Below, in pieces: positions 48,717 through 64,000 of a stretch of 64,000 nt of DNA. Location: the NCBI GenBank assembly GCA_963737265.1, contig CAVTRY010000011.1, positions 896,001-960,000 on the forward strand, in the 5' to 3' direction. Source of the DNA: an uncultured delta proteobacterium. GTDB taxonomy: Bacteria; Myxococcota_A; Polyangia; Fen-1088. The notes beneath the pieces were generated by a model, which had not been told where the DNA came from, ran no database searches, and worked only from the letters and a program-made list of their open reading frames with translations. A program made the translations under genes and the position numbers. The number at the start of each line of letters is the position of its first letter. Position 1 is the first letter of the stretch.

Positions 48717-49848
48717 ATGAGACGCGTCCTGCTAGCCACGCTGGCCTTCGCCGCCTGCACCAAGGCCGACGTCCCCCCGCTTGATGCGGGAACGGACGGA
48801 GGCTCGCCTGAGGTTACGCCGGTGCCTCTCGACGCCGAGTTGTCGCTGTCCGTGGATTTTACCGTCGAAGATTGTCCGTCGTTCGATCCCCAGGCACCGG
48901 CTTGCACGGGAAAAGTGCCGTTGACCCTGCTGTTCGTGCCGCTCGCAACGACCGCGGTCACGCAGTACATCTGGGATTTTGGCGACACCACGCCCTTCGA
49001 CTCCGAAACCACGCCAAGCCACACCTACACGATGCCGGGCGTCTACACAGTGAAAGTCCTGGCCGCCGGAGCGGCCGGTGGCGTGATGACCAAGATCCAC
49101 TCGCAGTTCGTGATCGCGGCGGCCGACGGTGCGGGTGATGCCTGCACCTCGAATCCCCAGTGCGGAGGTGGCCTTTACTGCCTGTGCTCGGCGAGCGCGC
49201 CGTGCGCGACCGGCCCGGCGCTGGGAATGTGCGCTTCCTCTTGCCAAACCAGCGCCTGCGATAGCGACCAAGTCTGCGCCGGCCTACTGACCGCCACGCC
49301 TCCTTCAGGCGAAGCGGCGCCTTGGCAGACGTCCTTGTGCCTGCTGGGATGTTCAGTGGACGCGGACTGCGCCACCGGCCTCCGTTGTCGAACCCTGCCG
49401 CCAGGCCCAACCGGAAGCGCATGGGTCCGGGGTTGTTTTACCGACCTTCCGGGAGATGTGGGAGATCCCTGCTCCGACGCCAGCGGAGCCCATCGCAACG
49501 ACCTCTGTGCCAGCGGCTTCTGCGCCGATCTCGGGGCGAAAGGTCTGTGTAGCATGGACTGCTCGGTCGCGTCCTGTCCGCCCGGTTCGGATTGCGGGGT
49601 ACTTGGCGACGGCAGAAAGCTGTGCCTGCGCCCGTGCGGACCTTTCACCTGTTCCGCGGACCCGCTGCTGACCTGCGTGGTGCCCGGTCCCGGCGATTCT
49701 CGGATATCACCTGGCCAGTCCCGCGAGCCCAACCGCGGCTTCCAGCTACTGCGTGCCCAAGCCCTGCGTGTCCAACGACTCCTGCACGCCGACCGGCACC
49801 TGCGCCACTGCATCCGGCAACGGACACTGCGTAGCGCGCGGCAGCTGA
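48717..49848 (+). CDS. PKD-domain Cys-rich lipoprotein (frameshift near 49700)
   Basis: WDFGD..PSHTY..PGVYTV and many Cys repeats; the alternative frame continues CVPKPCVSNDSC..*. Confidence 0.75.
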
Positions 49849-49956
49849 GCGCCCTACGCCTTTGCCCAGCCCACCGCTGACGGGTACCGGCGACGTCGAC
49901 GGGAGCTTCTTGGACAATGCCGATCTCGACGTAGAGGCCCTTGTAAATCCGGTCGA

Positions 49957-50706
49957 TTGCACCTGGCCGCATCGAAGAGATCGAGGGACATGGGGTTGTC
50001 GATGGTCCCGGGCGGTCGTGCTATTGTCCATCGGGTGGCGCTGCTCGCACGCACATCGGGAACCGGTATCCCCGCACCCTGGGGCGGCGGGGAGCTTTCA
50101 GCGGAGGCGGAGGCCCGCTTCGTCGAGGGAGTTGACTACTGCGGGAGGTTCTTCATGGGACAAGCAGAAGCGCAGCTCGCGCTCTGCCGGCTGGCTGCCA
50201 TCCTGGAAGCGGAGGGTTTGCCGTACGCCATCATCGGCGCATTTGCGCTCAACGAATACGGCCACAAGCGGGTCACGGTCGATGTCGACCTCGTCATGCG
50301 TGAGGAGCATCTTACCGAATTCAAGCGCAGGCACCTCGGCAACGGCTATGCAGAACGTGTTCCCGGGACGGGCAAGCTCCTGGATACGTTGCACGGCGTG
50401 AACATCGACGTGCTCAGCGCGGGTCGCTTTCCCGGCGATGACAAGCCGAAGCCCATCGCCTTTCCCGACCCGGCGACGGTAGCCCTGCGCGGGCAGCGCT
50501 TCTCGCTGTTGCCCATGGCGCGTTTCATTGAGCTGAAGCTGGCCTCGGGCATGGTTGCCACCCACCGAGGAAAGGATCTCGTGGACGTCCAGGAGCTTAT
50601 CAAGAGCGCGGGCCTGCCGGAGAGCGCGGCGAATGACCTTCACCCGTGGGTGCGTGGAAAGTTCCTTGAGCTGTGGCACCTTGCTCAGGTTGTCGATCCC
50701 TTCTGA
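49957..50706 (+). CDS. Nucleotidyltransferase-fold protein (start uncertain, possibly 50155)
   Basis: YAIIGAFAL..G..R.T.DVD, IELKL, KDLVDV. Confidence 0.75.
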   Translation: MHLAASKRSRDMGLSMVPGGRAIVHRVALLARTSGTGIPAPWGGGELSAEAEARFVEGVDYCGRFFMGQAEAQLALCRLAAILEAEGLPYAIIGAFALNEYGHKRVTVDVDLVMREEHLTEFKRRHLGNGYAERVPGTGKLLDTLHGVNIDVLSAGRFPGDDKPKPIAFPDPATVALRGQRFSLLPMARFIELKLASGMVATHRGKDLVDVQELIKSAGLPESAANDLHPWVRGKFLELWHLAQVVDPF

Positions 50707-50782
50707 GAGAGTGCATTCCCATTCGCGGGTATTGGTACCATCGGAGGGGATTCCGATGATGATGAAAGCCGCGGACAAAGCC

Positions 50783-52057
<1,275 letters not shown>

Positions 52058-52158
52058 GACTTCCACGTTAGTCGACGGGCACCCCTTCGCCAAACAACTT
52101 TGCCGCCGCTCGCGCCGACTCGATACCAAGAGCCGTCCATGGGGGTATATTGAGGCGC

Positions 52159-52560
52159 ATGTTTGCCCTTGCCGACAGTTTGGTCGCGACCGTTTCAGAC
52201 CGGGTGCCTGGTCTGGCGGCCGTGTACCTGTTCGGCTCGCAGGCCCGGGGAGACGCCACGCCAGGTTCTGACATCGACCTGGCCGTTCTGCCCCTGGGCG
52301 ACCTGGATCCGGTAGAGCGATGGAAGTTGCAAGAGGATCTGGCGGCGCAAGCCCACCGCAATGTCGATCTGGTCGATTTGCGCCGGGCATCCACGGTCAT
52401 GCGCGTGCAGGTCTTGCGCGATGGCCGCTTGCTTGCAGACCTTCAACCGCTGGCGCGCGCCACCTTCGAGGCCAGGGCGTTGTCCGCCTACGCGCGCCTC
52501 AACGAGGAGCGCCGTGAGATTCTGAACGACATCGCCGCCAGGGGATGCATCTATGGATGA
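52159..52560 (+). CDS. mntA: MntA-type minimal nucleotidyltransferase antitoxin
   Basis: [21 protein letters not shown]. Confidence 0.9.
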   Translation: MFALADSLVATVSDRVPGLAAVYLFGSQARGDATPGSDIDLAVLPLGDLDPVERWKLQEDLAAQAHRNVDLVDLRRASTVMRVQVLRDGRLLADLQPLARATFEARALSAYARLNEERREILNDIAARGCIYG

Positions 52561-52969
52561 TGTCGTCCTTAACAGGGCCGCTGCCATCGAGCGCTGCCTT
52601 CATCGCGTGCGCGAGGTCTACGCTGGCGACGATCGCAATCTACGCGAAGACCTGACCCGCCAGGACTCGATCATCCTGAACCTCCAGCGCGCCTGCGAGG
52701 CGGCCATTGACCTTGCGATGCACATGGTTCGCGAGCACCGCCTTGGTATCCCGCAGGACAGCCGCGAGGCCTTCGACCTGCTTTCCAACGCTGGCCTTTT
52801 TCCGCGCGAATCGGCCGAAAGACTGCGCCGCATGGTCGGATTTCGCAACGTGGCCGTGCACGACTACCAGACCCTGAATCTGGACATTGTGCGCGAGATC
52901 ATCGGCTCGCACGCGGATGATCTGGCCGCCTTCGCCAGATGGGCGATGGCGAAGCGCGCGACGAAGTAG
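52553..52969 (+). CDS. hepT: HepT/DUF86 HEPN toxin
   Basis: LNLQRACE, GFRNVAVHDY. Confidence 0.9.
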   Translation: MDDVVLNRAAAIERCLHRVREVYAGDDRNLREDLTRQDSIILNLQRACEAAIDLAMHMVREHRLGIPQDSREAFDLLSNAGLFPRESAERLRRMVGFRNVAVHDYQTLNLDIVREIIGSHADDLAAFARWAMAKRATK

Positions 52970-53079
52970 GTCCGACCCGGGCACCGAGTCCTTCCCACGA
53001 GGTTTTCGCGCCTCCAGCACCCTGCCGCCATGAAGTTCGCCATTTCCTTCGGCCCGAGCGCTGCTAGCATCAACCTGTC

Positions 53080-54478
53080 ATGACCACACCAGCCACTCGC
53101 ATCGAAAAAGACACCTTCGGTCCCGTGGCGGTCCCCGCCGACCGCCTGTGGGGCGCCCAGACCCAGCGCTCGCTGCAGAACTTCAAGATCTCCGGCGAAC
53201 GCATGCCGGACGCGCTCGTCTACGCGCTGGCGCTCGTGAAGAAGGCGGCGGCCCTGGTCAACCTCGATCTCGGAACGCTCGACGCCAAGAAGGCGGGCGC
53301 CATCGTGGCCGCAGCCGACGAAGTGCTGGGCGGCAAGCACGACGGCGAGTTTCCCCTGGTGGTGTGGCAGACCGGCAGCGGAACGCAGACCAACATGAAC
53401 ATGAACGAGGTGCTCGCCAACCGCGCTAGCGAGTTGCTCGGCGGCGAGCGCGGCGAGGCGCGCCTGGTCCACCCCAACGACGACGTGAACCGAGGCCAGT
53501 CGTCGAACGACGTCTTCCCCACCGCCATGAGCGTCGCCGCGGTACAGTCGATGCGCGAAAAGCTGCTGCCGAGCGTGCAGCGCCTGCGCGACGTCCCTCC
53601 ACGGCAAGGCGGTCGCCTTTCGCGACATCGTCAAAATCGGCCGCACCCACCTGCAGGACGCCGTGCCGCTCACCCTCGGGCAGGAATTCTCCGGCTACGT
53701 CGCCCAGCTCGACCAAGGCCGGGCGCACGCCGAGGCCGCCATGCCCCATCTGTGCGAGCTCGCCCTGGGCGGCACCGCCGTAGGGACCGGGCTCAACGCC
53801 CATCCCGAATACGCCGTGCGCGTGGCCCGCAAGCTGGCCGAGCTGACCGGCCATCCCTTCGTCACCGCACCCAACAAGTTCGAGGCCCTCGCCGGCAACG
53901 ACGCCCTCGTACACGCCCACGGCGCGCTCAAGACCCTCGCCGCCTCGCTCAACAAGATCGCCAACGACGTGCGCTGGCTGGCATCCGGCCCGCGCTGCGG
54001 GATTGGCGAGCTGGCCATTCCCGAGAACGAGCCCGGCAGCTCCATCATGCCCGGCAAGGTGAACCCCACGCAGAGCGAAGCCATGACCATGCTGGCCGCG
54101 CAGGTCATGGGCAACGACGTGGCGGTCAACATCGGCGGCATGTCGGGCAACTTCGAGCTCAATGTGTTCAAGCCGCTCATCGCCCACAACTTCTTCCACA
54201 GCGTCCGCCTGCTGGCCGACGGCTGCGACAGTTTCCGCGAACACTGCGTGGACGGCATCGAGGCCCGCCGCGAGCGCATCGCCGAAAACCTCGACCGGTC
54301 GCTCATGCTGGTGACAGCCCTCAATCCGCACATCGGCTACGACAACGCCGCCAAGATCGCCAAACATGCGCACAAGCAAGGGCTCACCCTGCGCGCCGCT
54401 GCCATCGCGCTTGGCCTGGTAACCGCCGAGCAGTTCGACGCCTGGGTCAAACCGGAAGAGATGATCGGCGCACGCTAA
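53080..54478 (+). CDS. fumC: Class II fumarate hydratase (frameshift near 53600, probably a sequencing error)
   Basis: [18 protein letters not shown]; second frame [11 protein letters not shown]. Confidence 0.95.
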
Positions 54479-54558
54479 CTAGTTAGAGCTCGTCGGGAAA
54501 TTGCGTGCCGACCGAAGGGCCGACACGCGGCTGGCGAACCGGGTGAGCGAGAGAAGGG

Positions 54559-55761
54559 CTAGCCGAGCTTGGCGAGGGCATCGGTCATGCGCGCGAGCCC
54601 TTTCTCGATGTTGGTTTGTGACGTGGCGTAGGACAGGCGAACGAAGCCCGGCGCGAAAAACGCGGAGCCCGGCACCACGGCGACCCTGGCCTCTTCGATA
54701 AGGTACTCACACAAGGCCGCGTCGCCGTCGATGAATCGTCCGCCTGAGGTCGTCTTGCCGACCAAAGCCGACACATCCGGAAAGGCGTAGAAGGCGCCTT
54801 TCGGCTCGACGCAGGTGACGCCCGGCATGGCGCGCAAGGAACGCAACATATAGACGCGGCGCTTGTCGAATTCCGCGCGCATGCGGTCGAGATCGTCGCT
54901 TGGGCCTTCGATAGCCGCTAGCGCCGCGGCCTGGCTGACCGCCGCCGCGTTCGTGGTCGACTGCCCCTGCAAGGTCGCCATGCCCGCGATGACCTCGGGC
55001 GGGGCCAGACAGAAACCGATGCGCCAGCCGGTCATGGCGTAAGACTTGGAAACGCCATCCACGATGATGGTCCGCTTGCGCATCTCGGAACCAAAGGTGG
55101 CGGGTTGCACGGCGCGCGCACCGCCATAGCAAAGCCCTCGGTAGATGTCGTCGGTGAGGATCCACAGGTCGTGCCCGACCGCCAGATCCGCGATGGCCCG
55201 CATGGTCTCTTGGCTATACACCGCACCGGTCGGATTCGACGGCGAGACCAGCACGATCATTCGGGTCGCGGGTGTGATGGCCTTGGCGATGGCGTCCGGG
55301 TTCGCTTCAAATTCGTCCTGCGCGCGCGACAGCACCGGGACCGCCTTGGCGCCCGCTAGCTTGGCGATGTCGGCGTAGCTGACCCAGCACGGAGCGGGCA
55401 GGATGACCTCGTCGCCCGGATCGAGCAGCGTATGGAAGGCATTGTAGATGGCCTGCTTGGCGCCCGAGCTGACCATCACTTCCCTGGGGGAGACCGCAAA
55501 GCCGTGCGCCTTGGCAAACCAAGCAGCCACAGACTTGCGCAACTCCGGTGTGCCCTCGACAGCCGTGTACTTCGTGGCCCCGGCATCGAGCGCACGCTTG
55601 GCCGCTTCCTTTATATGAGCGGGGGTATCGAAGTCGGGCTCGCCTGCGCCAAAGCTGACCACGTCGATTCCCGCCGCCCGCATCTCCGCTGCCCTTGCAG
55701 TCACCTTCAGGGTCATCGATGGCTCAACAACTGAAAGACGTTTTGCCAGTCTTATCGACAT
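54559..55761 (-). CDS. PLP-dependent class I/II (aspartate) aminotransferase
   Basis: GEPDF, SPSNPTG, SKSYAMTGWRIG. Confidence 0.93.
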   Translation of the reverse strand: MSIRLAKRLSVVEPSMTLKVTARAAEMRAAGIDVVSFGAGEPDFDTPAHIKEAAKRALDAGATKYTAVEGTPELRKSVAAWFAKAHGFAVSPREVMVSSGAKQAIYNAFHTLLDPGDEVILPAPCWVSYADIAKLAGAKAVPVLSRAQDEFEANPDAIAKAITPATRMIVLVSPSNPTGAVYSQETMRAIADLAVGHDLWILTDDIYRGLCYGGARAVQPATFGSEMRKRTIIVDGVSKSYAMTGWRIGFCLAPPEVIAGMATLQGQSTTNAAAVSQAAALAAIEGPSDDLDRMRAEFDKRRVYMLRSLRAMPGVTCVEPKGAFYAFPDVSALVGKTTSGGRFIDGDAALCEYLIEEARVAVVPGSAFFAPGFVRLSYATSQTNIEKGLARMTDALAKLG

Positions 55762-55762
55762 C

Positions 55763-56263
55763 TTAAAACTTTTTCTTAAACTTTTTCTTTAATGCAGCCA
55801 GGGTCGACTCAGGGACCAGGCGCGAAACGTCGCCTCCCATCGCCGCGACCTCTCGCACGAGCGACGACGAGACGTAGAAGTTCTCCTCGTTGGTGGGCAA
55901 GAAAATGGTTTCGATGTCGGGTGCAAGCTGCCGATTCATATGGGCAAATTGAAACTCGTATTCGAAATCCGCGACCGCGCGCAGACCGCGGATGAGAAAG
56001 CGCGCTCCGCGCGAGCGGGCATAGTCGACAAGCAGTCCCTGGAACGCGTCGACCTCGGCGCCCGGGCTGCTTGCCACGGCGTCGCGGATCAGGCGCATGC
56101 GCGCGGCCAGCGGGAAGAGCGGTCGCTTGTTCACGTTCACCGCAAGCCCGACGATGACTCGGTCGAACAGCCCCAAGGCTCGCCTAATGATGTCGCGGTG
56201 CCCGTTGGTGATGGGATCGAACGTGCCCGGATAGATGGCAACCAGGGGACGCCGGGCAGCCAC
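55763..56263 (-). CDS. coaD: Pantetheine-phosphate adenylyltransferase
   Basis: YPGTFDPITNGH, RGLR..DFEYE, SSS. Confidence 0.96.
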   Translation of the reverse strand: MAARRPLVAIYPGTFDPITNGHRDIIRRALGLFDRVIVGLAVNVNKRPLFPLAARMRLIRDAVASSPGAEVDAFQGLLVDYARSRGARFLIRGLRAVADFEYEFQFAHMNRQLAPDIETIFLPTNEENFYVSSSLVREVAAMGGDVSRLVPESTLAALKKKFKKKF

Positions 56264-56826
56264 TAGGTCAGCTCCCGCTGGCAGCGGTAGAACGACAGTC
56301 CGGTGTCGCCATAGAAGCGCCGGTCCACCAACTCCAGCGCACCCACGCTGTCGGGAGGAATGTTGTGACGGTCGTGCTCGACTATGACCACGGCGCCGTT
56401 GGCCAACACCGTGCCACCCGAGAGCAATCCGAGCACGGACTCGACCTCGCCCGCAGCGTAGGGAGGATCCACGAATACCCAGTTGAATCGCCCGCCTTTT
56501 TCCACCGACAGGCGCTGTAAGGCTGTCGCCACACCCGTGTCGAGGACGCGAGCGCGTGCGGTCAAATCGAATGCGCGCAGGTTGCGATGCAGGGCCGAAA
56601 GCGCCCGTGCATCGCGTTCAACGAAGGTCGCGTGGCTGGCCCCACGACAAAGCGCCTCGATGCCGAGCGCGCCGGTTCCCGCGAACAGATCGAGCACGGG
56701 ATTGGGCGGCAAGGGACCCAGGATATTAAAAATGGCCGCGCGCACCTTGGCCCCGGTGGGTCGTGTCGTCGTGCCACGCGGCGCTCGCAGTTTACGCCCG
56801 CGCTCGGCACCAGCAGTAACCCGCAT
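56263..56826 (-). CDS. rsmD: 16S rRNA m2G966 methyltransferase
   Basis: RPT, DLFAGTGALG, DPPY; next to coaD. Confidence 0.93.
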   Translation of the reverse strand: MRVTAGAERGRKLRAPRGTTTRPTGAKVRAAIFNILGPLPPNPVLDLFAGTGALGIEALCRGASHATFVERDARALSALHRNLRAFDLTARARVLDTGVATALQRLSVEKGGRFNWVFVDPPYAAGEVESVLGLLSGGTVLANGAVVIVEHDRHNIPPDSVGALELVDRRFYGDTGLSFYRCQRELT

Positions 56827-57025
56827 TGGCGTTCTACCTACCGCGGACCTCCCCGCGAGTCAACGAGGCGTGCTTTCCCTGATCCCGCGACAGCCTCAAA
56901 AGTCGTGGTAGTGGTCGCGGTCGTGGTCGTGGCCGACTATGAAGGGGCTTTGATCTGGAAAGGCCGGATGCTGGCCGGCGCGCGAACAGTCGACGGTTGG
57001 CGGGCGGTCGAGCTATTCTCCGCCC

Positions 57026-57904
57026 ATGCTCGATCCGCTTCTCGACACACCTGCGCTCCGCCGGCTCATCGAACTCGCGCTTGAGGAGGATCTCGGCCGC
57101 GGCGACATCACGACCCAGGCTGTGATCGACCGCTCGGCCATGGCGACCGCGCACCTGGTCGCGCGCGAGCCCATGGTGCTCGCTGGCATGGGCGTGTGCA
57201 CGGCCGTGTTCCAGCGCGTGGACGCCACCATCGTGGCGAACGAATTGTCGAGCGACGGCGATCGACTTGCCGCAGGCTCGCGGGCGGCTTCCTACCATGG
57301 TCCCGCCGCCTCGCTGCTGGCCGCTGAACGAACGGCGCTCAACTTCGTTCAGCGGCTGTCCGGCACGGCTACCCTGGCGCGAGCCTTCGTCGACGCCGCC
57401 GCTGGTACCACGCTGCGCATCGCCGACACGCGCAAGACCACGCCCGGCTTCCGCTTGCTGGAAAAGTATGCGGTGCGAATGGGCGGCGCCAGCAACCACC
57501 GTTTCGATCTCGGCTCGGGCGTTCTCATCAAGGACAACCACGTTGCCGTGGCTGGCGGCGTCGCAGCAGCGGTGCGACGCGTGCGCGGAAAGGTCCCGCA
57601 CGGGCTGAAAATCGAGGTCGAGGTCGACTCGCTCGCCCAACTCGAAGAGGCACTCGCCGCCAACGCTGACACCATCCTTCTCGACAACTTCAGCTTCGCC
57701 GACATCGAGAAAGCCGTGGCCCGAGCGCGGACGGCGATTCCGCGACCCATGCTCGAAGTTTCGGGCGGCGTGACCCTGGAAAAGATTTGCGCTCTGGCTC
57801 TAACGGGGGTCGACATCGTCTCGGCCGGTGCCCTAACCCATTCCGCCCCGGCCGCGGATCTTTCGCTCGACATCGCCGTCGAGGACACGGGAACGCGGCC
57901 TTGA
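57026..57904 (+). CDS. nadC: Nicotinate-nucleotide diphosphorylase
   Basis: DTRKTTPG, HRFDL, IKDNH, LLDN, SGG. Confidence 0.96.
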   Translation: MLDPLLDTPALRRLIELALEEDLGRGDITTQAVIDRSAMATAHLVAREPMVLAGMGVCTAVFQRVDATIVANELSSDGDRLAAGSRAASYHGPAASLLAAERTALNFVQRLSGTATLARAFVDAAAGTTLRIADTRKTTPGFRLLEKYAVRMGGASNHRFDLGSGVLIKDNHVAVAGGVAAAVRRVRGKVPHGLKIEVEVDSLAQLEEALAANADTILLDNFSFADIEKAVARARTAIPRPMLEVSGGVTLEKICALALTGVDIVSAGALTHSAPAADLSLDIAVEDTGTRP

Positions 57905-58788
57905 ACGGTTCCCATGTGTCCGACCTTGCCGATCTCGCGCCGCCGCTGATTCTTTCGGCGCTCACGACGCGTCGACTTGGTCGACGGTATGAGCTGTTGT
58001 CGTCGTGTAAGTCGACCAACGATGAGGTCGCGCTGCGGGCCGCGCATGGCGCCGAGGAAGGACTGCTCGTGGTGACCGAGGCCCAGACCGGGGGTCGCGG
58101 CCGACGCGGGCGGGCCTGGCACTCTCCCACCGGCGAGAACCTTTCTTTCTCGCTCCTCTTGCGCCCTGCGATTGCGGCGTCCGCGGCATCGCCTCTGACG
58201 CTGCTCGCGGGAGCGGCGCTCGGACGGGCACTCTTTTCGCTTGGATTTTCGCCCCGACTCAAGTGGCCCAACGATGTCCTGCTCGACGCAGGCGATGGAT
58301 TGCGCAAAGTCGCCGGCATTCTTACAGAGTTGGCAAGCGAAGGCGGTCGTATCCGCCACATCGTTGTGGGCGTCGGGGTCAACGTCAATGGCCAGGAATT
58401 TCCCGCCCATCTCGCGGCGCTGGCGACGTCGCTGCGCCTGGTGCGCGGCGCAGCCTTGGATCGCGGTTCAGCCCTGGCCGCGTTCATCAACGCCTTCGAG
58501 CCCATCTACGAGGATTTCGTCGCGCATGGGCCCGCCGCGGGCTTGGCCGAATGGCGCCGCTTCGCCCTGCTCGGCCAACCTTGCTCGGTCGAACGCGAGT
58601 CCACGCGGGTCGAAGGCGTCGCCGAGGATGTGGATGGCTCGGGCGCTCTATTGATCAGGTTGGCGGAGGGCGAGCGAATTTCCGTGCACTCAGGCCAGGT
58701 CAATTGGCCTCAAGACGTGTCCATAAATCGCGCCGTCTTGAAGATCGTTGAGAGGAGGGCCGCGGCCCTCCCCTCGTCCGCGAAGTAA
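57901..58788 (+). CDS. birA: Biotin--protein ligase
   Basis: STN, QTGGRGRRGRAW, KWPND, KVAGIL. Confidence 0.93.
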   Translation: MNGSHVSDLADLAPPLILSALTTRRLGRRYELLSSCKSTNDEVALRAAHGAEEGLLVVTEAQTGGRGRRGRAWHSPTGENLSFSLLLRPAIAASAASPLTLLAGAALGRALFSLGFSPRLKWPNDVLLDAGDGLRKVAGILTELASEGGRIRHIVVGVGVNVNGQEFPAHLAALATSLRLVRGAALDRGSALAAFINAFEPIYEDFVAHGPAAGLAEWRRFALLGQPCSVERESTRVEGVAEDVDGSGALLIRLAEGERISVHSGQVNWPQDVSINRAVLKIVERRAAALPSSAK

Positions 58789-58832
58789 ATTCGCAGACTT
58801 CACCCCACTTGCGGATGTAAAGTGCCGCCGCT

Positions 58833-59636
58833 TTGACAATCCTTCAAGCTGCCATTCTCGGCCTCGTCCAGGGGATCACCGAGTTCCTTCCCATCTCATC
58901 CACCGCGCACCTGCGCCTGGTTCCCGCGGTCCTGTCCTGGCCCGACAGCGGGGCGGCCTTCACGGCGGTCCTTCAACTCGGCACCTTGCTTGCCGTCGTC
59001 GGCTTCTTTCTGCGCGATCTGGTGCGCATGATCGCCGCCGCGGCGAACCCCGCCACCCGCAAGAGTCTCGACGCGCGCATGTTGCTCTATATCGTCGCGG
59101 GCACCGTCCCCATCGGCATCGTCGGCCTGCTCGCCAAGCACGCCATCGAAGGACCGCTCCGTTCGATTCTGGTCATCGCCACCGCGATGGTTGTGGTCGC
59201 CATCGTCATGGCCATCGTGGAAAAGACCGCGCGCCACGAGCGTCCGGTCGAGTCCTTCACCTTGCGCGACGCCATGATCGTCGGTCTCGCCCAATGTCTC
59301 GCACTCGTGCCGGGCACCTCGCGTTCGGGAATCACCTTGATCGCGGCGATGATTCTGGGCTACCGGCGCGACACGGCCGCCCGGTTTTCATTTCTGCTTT
59401 CCATTCCGGCGGTGGCTGCGGCCGGGGTCTTCGAGCTCCCCAAGTTGCTGCATGGCCACGAAGTTGGGACGACCGCGCTCGTCGTCGGATTGGCGACCGC
59501 AGCGGTGTCGGGCTACCTCAGCGTCGCTTGGCTGCTGCGCTTTCTGCGCACGCGCACCACCTACGGCTTCGTTGTTTATCGCGTGGTGGTGGGACTCGCG
59601 CTGGTTGCCGCCGTGCTCGCCGGAAAAATTCACTAG
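58833..59636 (+). CDS. uppP: Undecaprenyl-diphosphate phosphatase
   Basis: QGITEFLPISSTAH, PGTSRSG. Confidence 0.95.
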   Translation: MTILQAAILGLVQGITEFLPISSTAHLRLVPAVLSWPDSGAAFTAVLQLGTLLAVVGFFLRDLVRMIAAAANPATRKSLDARMLLYIVAGTVPIGIVGLLAKHAIEGPLRSILVIATAMVVVAIVMAIVEKTARHERPVESFTLRDAMIVGLAQCLALVPGTSRSGITLIAAMILGYRRDTAARFSFLLSIPAVAAAGVFELPKLLHGHEVGTTALVVGLATAAVSGYLSVAWLLRFLRTRTTYGFVVYRVVVGLALVAAVLAGKIH

Positions 59637-59773
59637 CGCGATTCGAGTTTCGTTTCGCGCCTGTAGCACATGACTCGGTCCGAACCAGTGCTTTTTGTCC
59701 CCGCGATCCTGGACACCGACATGCATGCTGAGTATGATTCGCCGGCTTGTTCACGGAAATCCTAAGCAAGGCT

Positions 59774-59846
59774 GGGCCCATAGCTCAGCGGTCAGAGCTG
59801 GCGGCTCATAACCGCTCGGTCCCTGGTTCGAATCCAGGTGGGCCCA
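59774..59846 (+). tRNA. tRNA with CAT anticodon, probably tRNA-Ile2 (lysidine)
   Basis: GGGCCCATAGCTCAGCGGTCAGAGC..CTCATAA..GGTTCGAATCCAGGTGGGCCCA. Confidence 0.9.
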
Positions 59847-59921
59847 CTCCACTAGCGCCTGCCGGATTGCCCTTCGTCTCTCGTCGGAAATGTGGCCTGC
59901 AAGAAAGCCCAGGAGGAAAAG

Positions 59922-60668
59922 TTGCGCGATCAGCTTAAGCGTCTCGAGGAATTGCAACGATACGACGCTCAGATCCAAGAACTGACCAACGCACTTAAGG
60001 GGATACCGGCCAAGCTCGAAGCATCCCAAAGCGACTTTTCCAGAGTCGAAACGCTGTTGGAAAACGAGCGAGCTCAGCTGGCCGAGTCGCAGCGCTACTA
60101 CAGCGAGCAGAAGAGCCAGCTGCAAACGGACGAAACCTCGGCGACCGGCGCGAAGCACAAGCTTTCGCTGGCCAAGAATTCGAAAGAGTACGTGGCCGCC
60201 CAACGCGAGATGGAGCAGACGCGCGACAGCGTGCAGACGCGCGAGGAAGAGATCGCGAAGCTGATCGAAGCAGTGCAAGCCAAGGAGAAGCTGCTGGCCG
60301 AGCGGGCGGCTGAGCTCGAGGTGCTGCGCAAGTCCATCGACAAGGACGCCGAGGTGGCGCGCAAGAAGATGGCCGAGATTGAGGGCAAGATCGCCGAGAT
60401 CAAGGTCGGCCGCGACAAGGTCGCCGCCGCGGTCCGCCCCGAGGTGCTCAAACGCTACGGCGCCATTCGCATGCGCCGCGGGTTGGCCGTCACCACGGTT
60501 CGCAACGGCACCTGTCAGGGCTGCAACATGAACGTGCCGCCACAGCTTTTCAACGTGCTCCAGCGCGGCAACTCCATCGAGACCTGCCCCTACTGCCATC
60601 GCATCGTCTACTGGGAGGATCTGATGAAGGACGATCCTGCCGCCCAGCCCCAAGCCAAGGCGACCTAG
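59922..60668 (+). CDS. Coiled-coil C4 zinc-ribbon protein (DUF164/CT398-like)
   Basis: AGGAGG RBS, TTG start, CQGC..CPYC. Confidence 0.88.
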   Translation: MRDQLKRLEELQRYDAQIQELTNALKGIPAKLEASQSDFSRVETLLENERAQLAESQRYYSEQKSQLQTDETSATGAKHKLSLAKNSKEYVAAQREMEQTRDSVQTREEEIAKLIEAVQAKEKLLAERAAELEVLRKSIDKDAEVARKKMAEIEGKIAEIKVGRDKVAAAVRPEVLKRYGAIRMRRGLAVTTVRNGTCQGCNMNVPPQLFNVLQRGNSIETCPYCHRIVYWEDLMKDDPAAQPQAKAT

Positions 60669-60723
60669 CACGTAGGTCGCCCCGGCGGGCGTCTATCGCG
60701 CTATACTGTCCCCGCTTCCCGCT

Positions 60724-61118
<395 letters not shown>

Positions 61119-61163
61119 AACGGGAAGCATTTTAGTCGGAAAGCTCGGCACGACGGGGAAAGA

Positions 61164-61283
61164 AACACAGAGGCGCAGAGGTCACAGCGGAACAGGAAGT
61201 GGACAAGAGGGAGGGGTTATTCGGAGCCGAATCCGAACCCTTTCCCGCTCCGTCCGTCTCTGCGTTCTCCGAGCCTCTGTGTT
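61164..61283. repeat. Imperfect inverted repeat between the convergent rnpB and uvrA (possible bidirectional terminator)
   Basis: AACACAGAGGCGCAGAG ... CTCCGAGCCTCTGTGTT. Confidence 0.6.
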
Positions 61284-61297
61284 CTATCCGGCACTTC

Positions 61298-64000
<2,703 letters not shown>

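Noticed and set aside
56902-56937. GTCGTG-type hexamer run between rsmD and nadC
   Set aside because: Short degenerate low-complexity tract; no associated gene or inverted partner was seen.

Overview
GC-rich bacterial DNA, most consistent with Myxococcota/Deltaproteobacteria from gene content (an inference). About 42.6 kb of accessory DNA is followed by about 21 kb of core genes. (1) 1-19.6 kb: the right part of a defence/mobile island ending in a tRNA-Val(CAC) 3'-half remnant. It carries a DUF1156 methylase, an SNF2-DUF3883 helicase, a short RadA-like operon, HEPN-like, SIR2 and DUF262 genes, a DUF3560-led operon with toxin-antitoxin (TA) domain fusions, and a Panacea/MazF-like pair. (2) 19.6-22.2 kb: debris of hsdR and TA genes. 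(3) 22,161-42,570: an element integrated in tRNA-Glu(CTC), bounded by a 23-bp att repeat with arm-type sites. Its core is a rolling-circle HUH Rep with a CTTGATA nick site, an SSB-like gene, an excisionase and a tyrosine integrase. Its cargo includes nested IS elements, among them a five-gene IS21-like transposon with a ParB-like gene and non-canonical CTTCA ends. (4) 42.6-64 kb: tRNAs (Glu, Gln, His, Ile2/Met), PP2C, OmpA-like, fumC, an aminotransferase, coaD, rsmD, nadC, birA, uppP, rnpB and uvrA, with small TA insertions. Frameshifts in housekeeping genes suggest sequencing indels. All family calls come from recognising motifs by eye; no database searches were run.
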